Assembly (NCBI GenBank): GCA_031316235.1
Contig: JALDRA010000001.1
Location: 2,190,001 to 2,222,000, forward strand
Length of the DNA stretch: 32,000 bases
DNA from: Candidatus Scalindua sp.
GTDB taxonomy: Bacteria; Planctomycetota; Brocadiia; Brocadiales; Scalinduaceae
Direction of reading: 5' to 3'
Shown: positions 30,143 through 32,000 of the stretch, piece after piece
Layout of the letters: every line of letters starts with the position of its first letter
Position numbering within the stretch: the stretch's first letter is position 1
Notes under the pieces: model-generated
Databases searched by the model: none
The model's input: only the letters and a program-made list of their open reading frames with translations
Told to the model about the DNA's origin: nothing
Made by a program: the position numbers and the translations under genes

Positions 30143-31432
30143 ATGTTGTTAAGCGTCAAGTCAAAAGCGGCATTTAAACAAGCGTGTAAAACTATTCCTG
30201 GTGGTGTAAACAGTCCGGTTCGGGCGTTTGGGGCAGTGGGTAATGAGCCGCTCTTCATAGATTCTGGCCATGGTTGTCATATAACGGATATTGATGGCAA
30301 TACTTTTATCGATTATGTATGCTCCTGGGGTCCTTTGATCCTGGGCCATCTGGAAGATAGCGTACTTAAGGCGATAAAACATACCCTGGAAAAAGGAACA
30401 AGTTTCGGGGCGCCTACGGAGTTGGAAATTCAGCTTGCCGAGCTCGTCAGAGAAGCGGTCCCATCCATTGAGAAGGTAAGGATGGTCAATTCCGGAACTG
30501 AGGCTACCATGAGTGCTATTCGCCTGGCAAGAGGTTATACCGGAAGAGATCTGGTGGTAAAATTTGATGGCTGTTATCATGGACATGTTGATGGTCTTCT
30601 GGTGCAGGCCGGATCCGGTGCAACCACATTAGGTACTCCCACAAGTCCGGGTGTGCCGCAGGATTATATCAGGAACACCCTCACTATCCCCTTTAATGAC
30701 ATTGATGTTGTCAGGGAAGTGTGTGATAAAAGGGGGAAAGAGATTGCCTGTATCATTTTGGAACCAATTGCTGGGAATATGGGTGTGATTCCTCCGAAAA
30801 AAGGATATCTGGAGGGGTTGCGTGAGATAACAGACAGCCATGGTATTGTGCTTATCTTTGATGAGGTTATGACGGGTTTCAGGGTTGCGTATGGTGGTGC
30901 TCAGGAATTATATAATGTTACACCGGACTTGACAACGCTCGGTAAGATAATTGGTGGCGGTCTCCCGGTAGGCGCATATGGTGGTAAATCGCAGATAATG
31001 GATTTCATATCTCCCAATGGTTCCGTTTATCAGGCGGGGACATTATCGGGAAATCCTTTAGCGATGGCATCGGGCATAGCTACACTGAAGAAACTACAAG
31101 AGGAAGGTGTTTATCGTCGATTGGAGATGAGCTCAAAGAGACTGGCTGAAGGGCTTCGGAAAGCGGCTGTTGACGCAGGTGTCCCAGCGTACCATTCACG
31201 TGTCGGATCGATGCTGTGTCTGTTTTTTCATGATGGTGAAGTGACTGATTATGAATCTGCCAGGAGGAGTAATACGCAGAAATATGCCTCTTATTTTCAC
31301 GGTATGCTGGAAAAGGGTGTCTACCTGGCCCCTTCGCAATTTGAGGCAGCTTTTGTCTCGACTGCTCACGGAGAAGACGATATAGACGCTACTATTCAGG
31401 CGGGTTGTGAGGTTATGAAGTCTCTGAAATGA
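30143..31432 (+). CDS. hemL: glutamate-1-semialdehyde 2,1-aminomutase
   Basis: Start chosen at ATG 30143 ([29 protein letters not shown]); the track ORF starts at 30110. Also contains [34 protein letters not shown] and [16 protein letters not shown]. Confidence 0.92.
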   Translation: MLLSVKSKAAFKQACKTIPGGVNSPVRAFGAVGNEPLFIDSGHGCHITDIDGNTFIDYVCSWGPLILGHLEDSVLKAIKHTLEKGTSFGAPTELEIQLAELVREAVPSIEKVRMVNSGTEATMSAIRLARGYTGRDLVVKFDGCYHGHVDGLLVQAGSGATTLGTPTSPGVPQDYIRNTLTIPFNDIDVVREVCDKRGKEIACIILEPIAGNMGVIPPKKGYLEGLREITDSHGIVLIFDEVMTGFRVAYGGAQELYNVTPDLTTLGKIIGGGLPVGAYGGKSQIMDFISPNGSVYQAGTLSGNPLAMASGIATLKKLQEEGVYRRLEMSSKRLAEGLRKAAVDAGVPAYHSRVGSMLCLFFHDGEVTDYESARRSNTQKYASYFHGMLEKGVYLAPSQFEAAFVSTAHGEDDIDATIQAGCEVMKSLK

Positions 31433-31597
31433 TTACTGGTTGAGGGGCACTGCACATCCTGAGTACGGTAATTATTGGTGATATTCAGGTCCGGTTTCGG
31501 TATCGTGGTGTCGTGTGTTTCTGCTTAGGCGCTGATTAATTATAGAGGTGCGGCAGAACATGATTCTGCATCCGTATTTCCGGGTTCGGAGAAATTA

Positions 31598-31849
31598 TTG
31601 GAGTTTATATACGTTTTGAATCAGAATGATTCAGGCAGTACCTTTCGTGCCTTGAGTCTTACAAGTGGGATAGGGTTTATGCTCGCTGCTTGTCTGGCGG
31701 GTGGTTACTATGCAGGGAGTTATCTGGATTCGAAATTTGGTACCGAGCCCTGGTTGCTGATCACCGCTCTCCTTCTCTGTTTGGCTGGCGGGATTTTAGA
31801 GGTATGCTCTATGGTTAAAAAGGCGATGAAGGAAACGGAAAAAGATTAA
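31598..31849 (+). CDS. AtpZ/AtpI-family small membrane protein (first gene of an F-type ATPase operon)
   Basis: 83 aa (TTG start; an internal TTG at 31613 is also possible). ALSLTSGIGFMLAACLAGGYYAGSYLDSKFGTEPWLLITALLLCLAGGILEV is the two-helix AtpZ-like pattern. Confidence 0.6.
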   Translation: MEFIYVLNQNDSGSTFRALSLTSGIGFMLAACLAGGYYAGSYLDSKFGTEPWLLITALLLCLAGGILEVCSMVKKAMKETEKD

Positions 31850-31860
31850 GAGGAATGAGG

Positions 31861-32000
31861 ATGTTGGATCTGTATAATAGATCGCAGAAACTACTGGCTG
31901 TTAAGAAGAATTTTATCAAGCAGGTATTTTATACAACGCTGTTTGTCTCTTTCCTGATGGTGCTGGTCTCTTTGCGTTATAAGTCTTTAGAGCTGACTTT
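31861..32000 (+). CDS. probable ATP synthase protein I-like membrane protein, 5' part (runs off the right edge)
   Basis: ATG at 31861 after GAGGAATGAGG. It reads MLDLYNRSQKLLAVKKNFIKQVFYTTLFVSFLMVLVSL..., open to the window end. Assignment rests only on position after the AtpZ-like gene and its hydrophobic character. Confidence 0.35.
   Translation, partial: MLDLYNRSQKLLAVKKNFIKQVFYTTLFVSFLMVLVSLRYKSLELT

Noticed and set aside
1-32000. A search for CRISPR arrays, tRNA/rRNA genes, transposases or integrases
   Set aside because: I saw no regularly spaced direct repeats, no tRNA T-arm (GGTTCGAATCC-like) outside coding sequence, no rRNA-like segments, and no ORF with DDE, tyrosine- or serine-recombinase motifs.

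Overview
This is a 32-kb stretch of a bacterial chromosome with about 29 protein-coding genes. I found no rRNA, tRNA, CRISPR array, transposase or integrase. All calls rest on reading the ORF track and the sequence by eye for motifs, domain order and repeats; no HMM, BLAST or folding computation was run.

Most genes are housekeeping: metG (5' part), a PSP1/YaaT-like gene, a CNNM+CBS transporter, an SSF symporter, LOG, cca, murD, ribH, nusB, ftsY, trpE, hemL and the start of an atp operon (atpZ/atpI-like). They are scattered or packed next to unrelated genes rather than sitting in classical operons: murD is away from any dcw cluster and trpE has no trpG. Several proteins are unusual fusions. 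This pattern recalls Planctomycetota-like genomes, but that attribution is only an inference.

Most interesting observations:
1. A translationally coupled pair at 11158-14182: a DUF2868-like polytopic membrane protein plus a P-loop GTPase with a DUF3482-like region and a glycine-rich membrane segment. It is an uncharacterised module with dynamin-like architecture.
2. TatC fused through a seventh TM helix to a FecR-like sensor domain (15234-16577).
3. NusB fused to a TrpH/YciV-type PHP phosphoesterase, directly after ribH (17402-18724).
4. A block at 22213-27188: a secreted coiled-coil protein with an internally duplicated about 90-aa domain, converging on two tandem SPFH/Band-7 paralogues and an acidic membrane protein. 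A perfect 20-bp palindrome overlaps the -35 box of a near-consensus promoter here.
5. Two families of non-coding repeats. One is an about 90-110-nt structured element immediately after stop codons, with three copies, two of which bracket ftsY. The other is a 37-nt hairpin-plus-box element upstream of two orphan genes, next to a perfect 15-bp hairpin.
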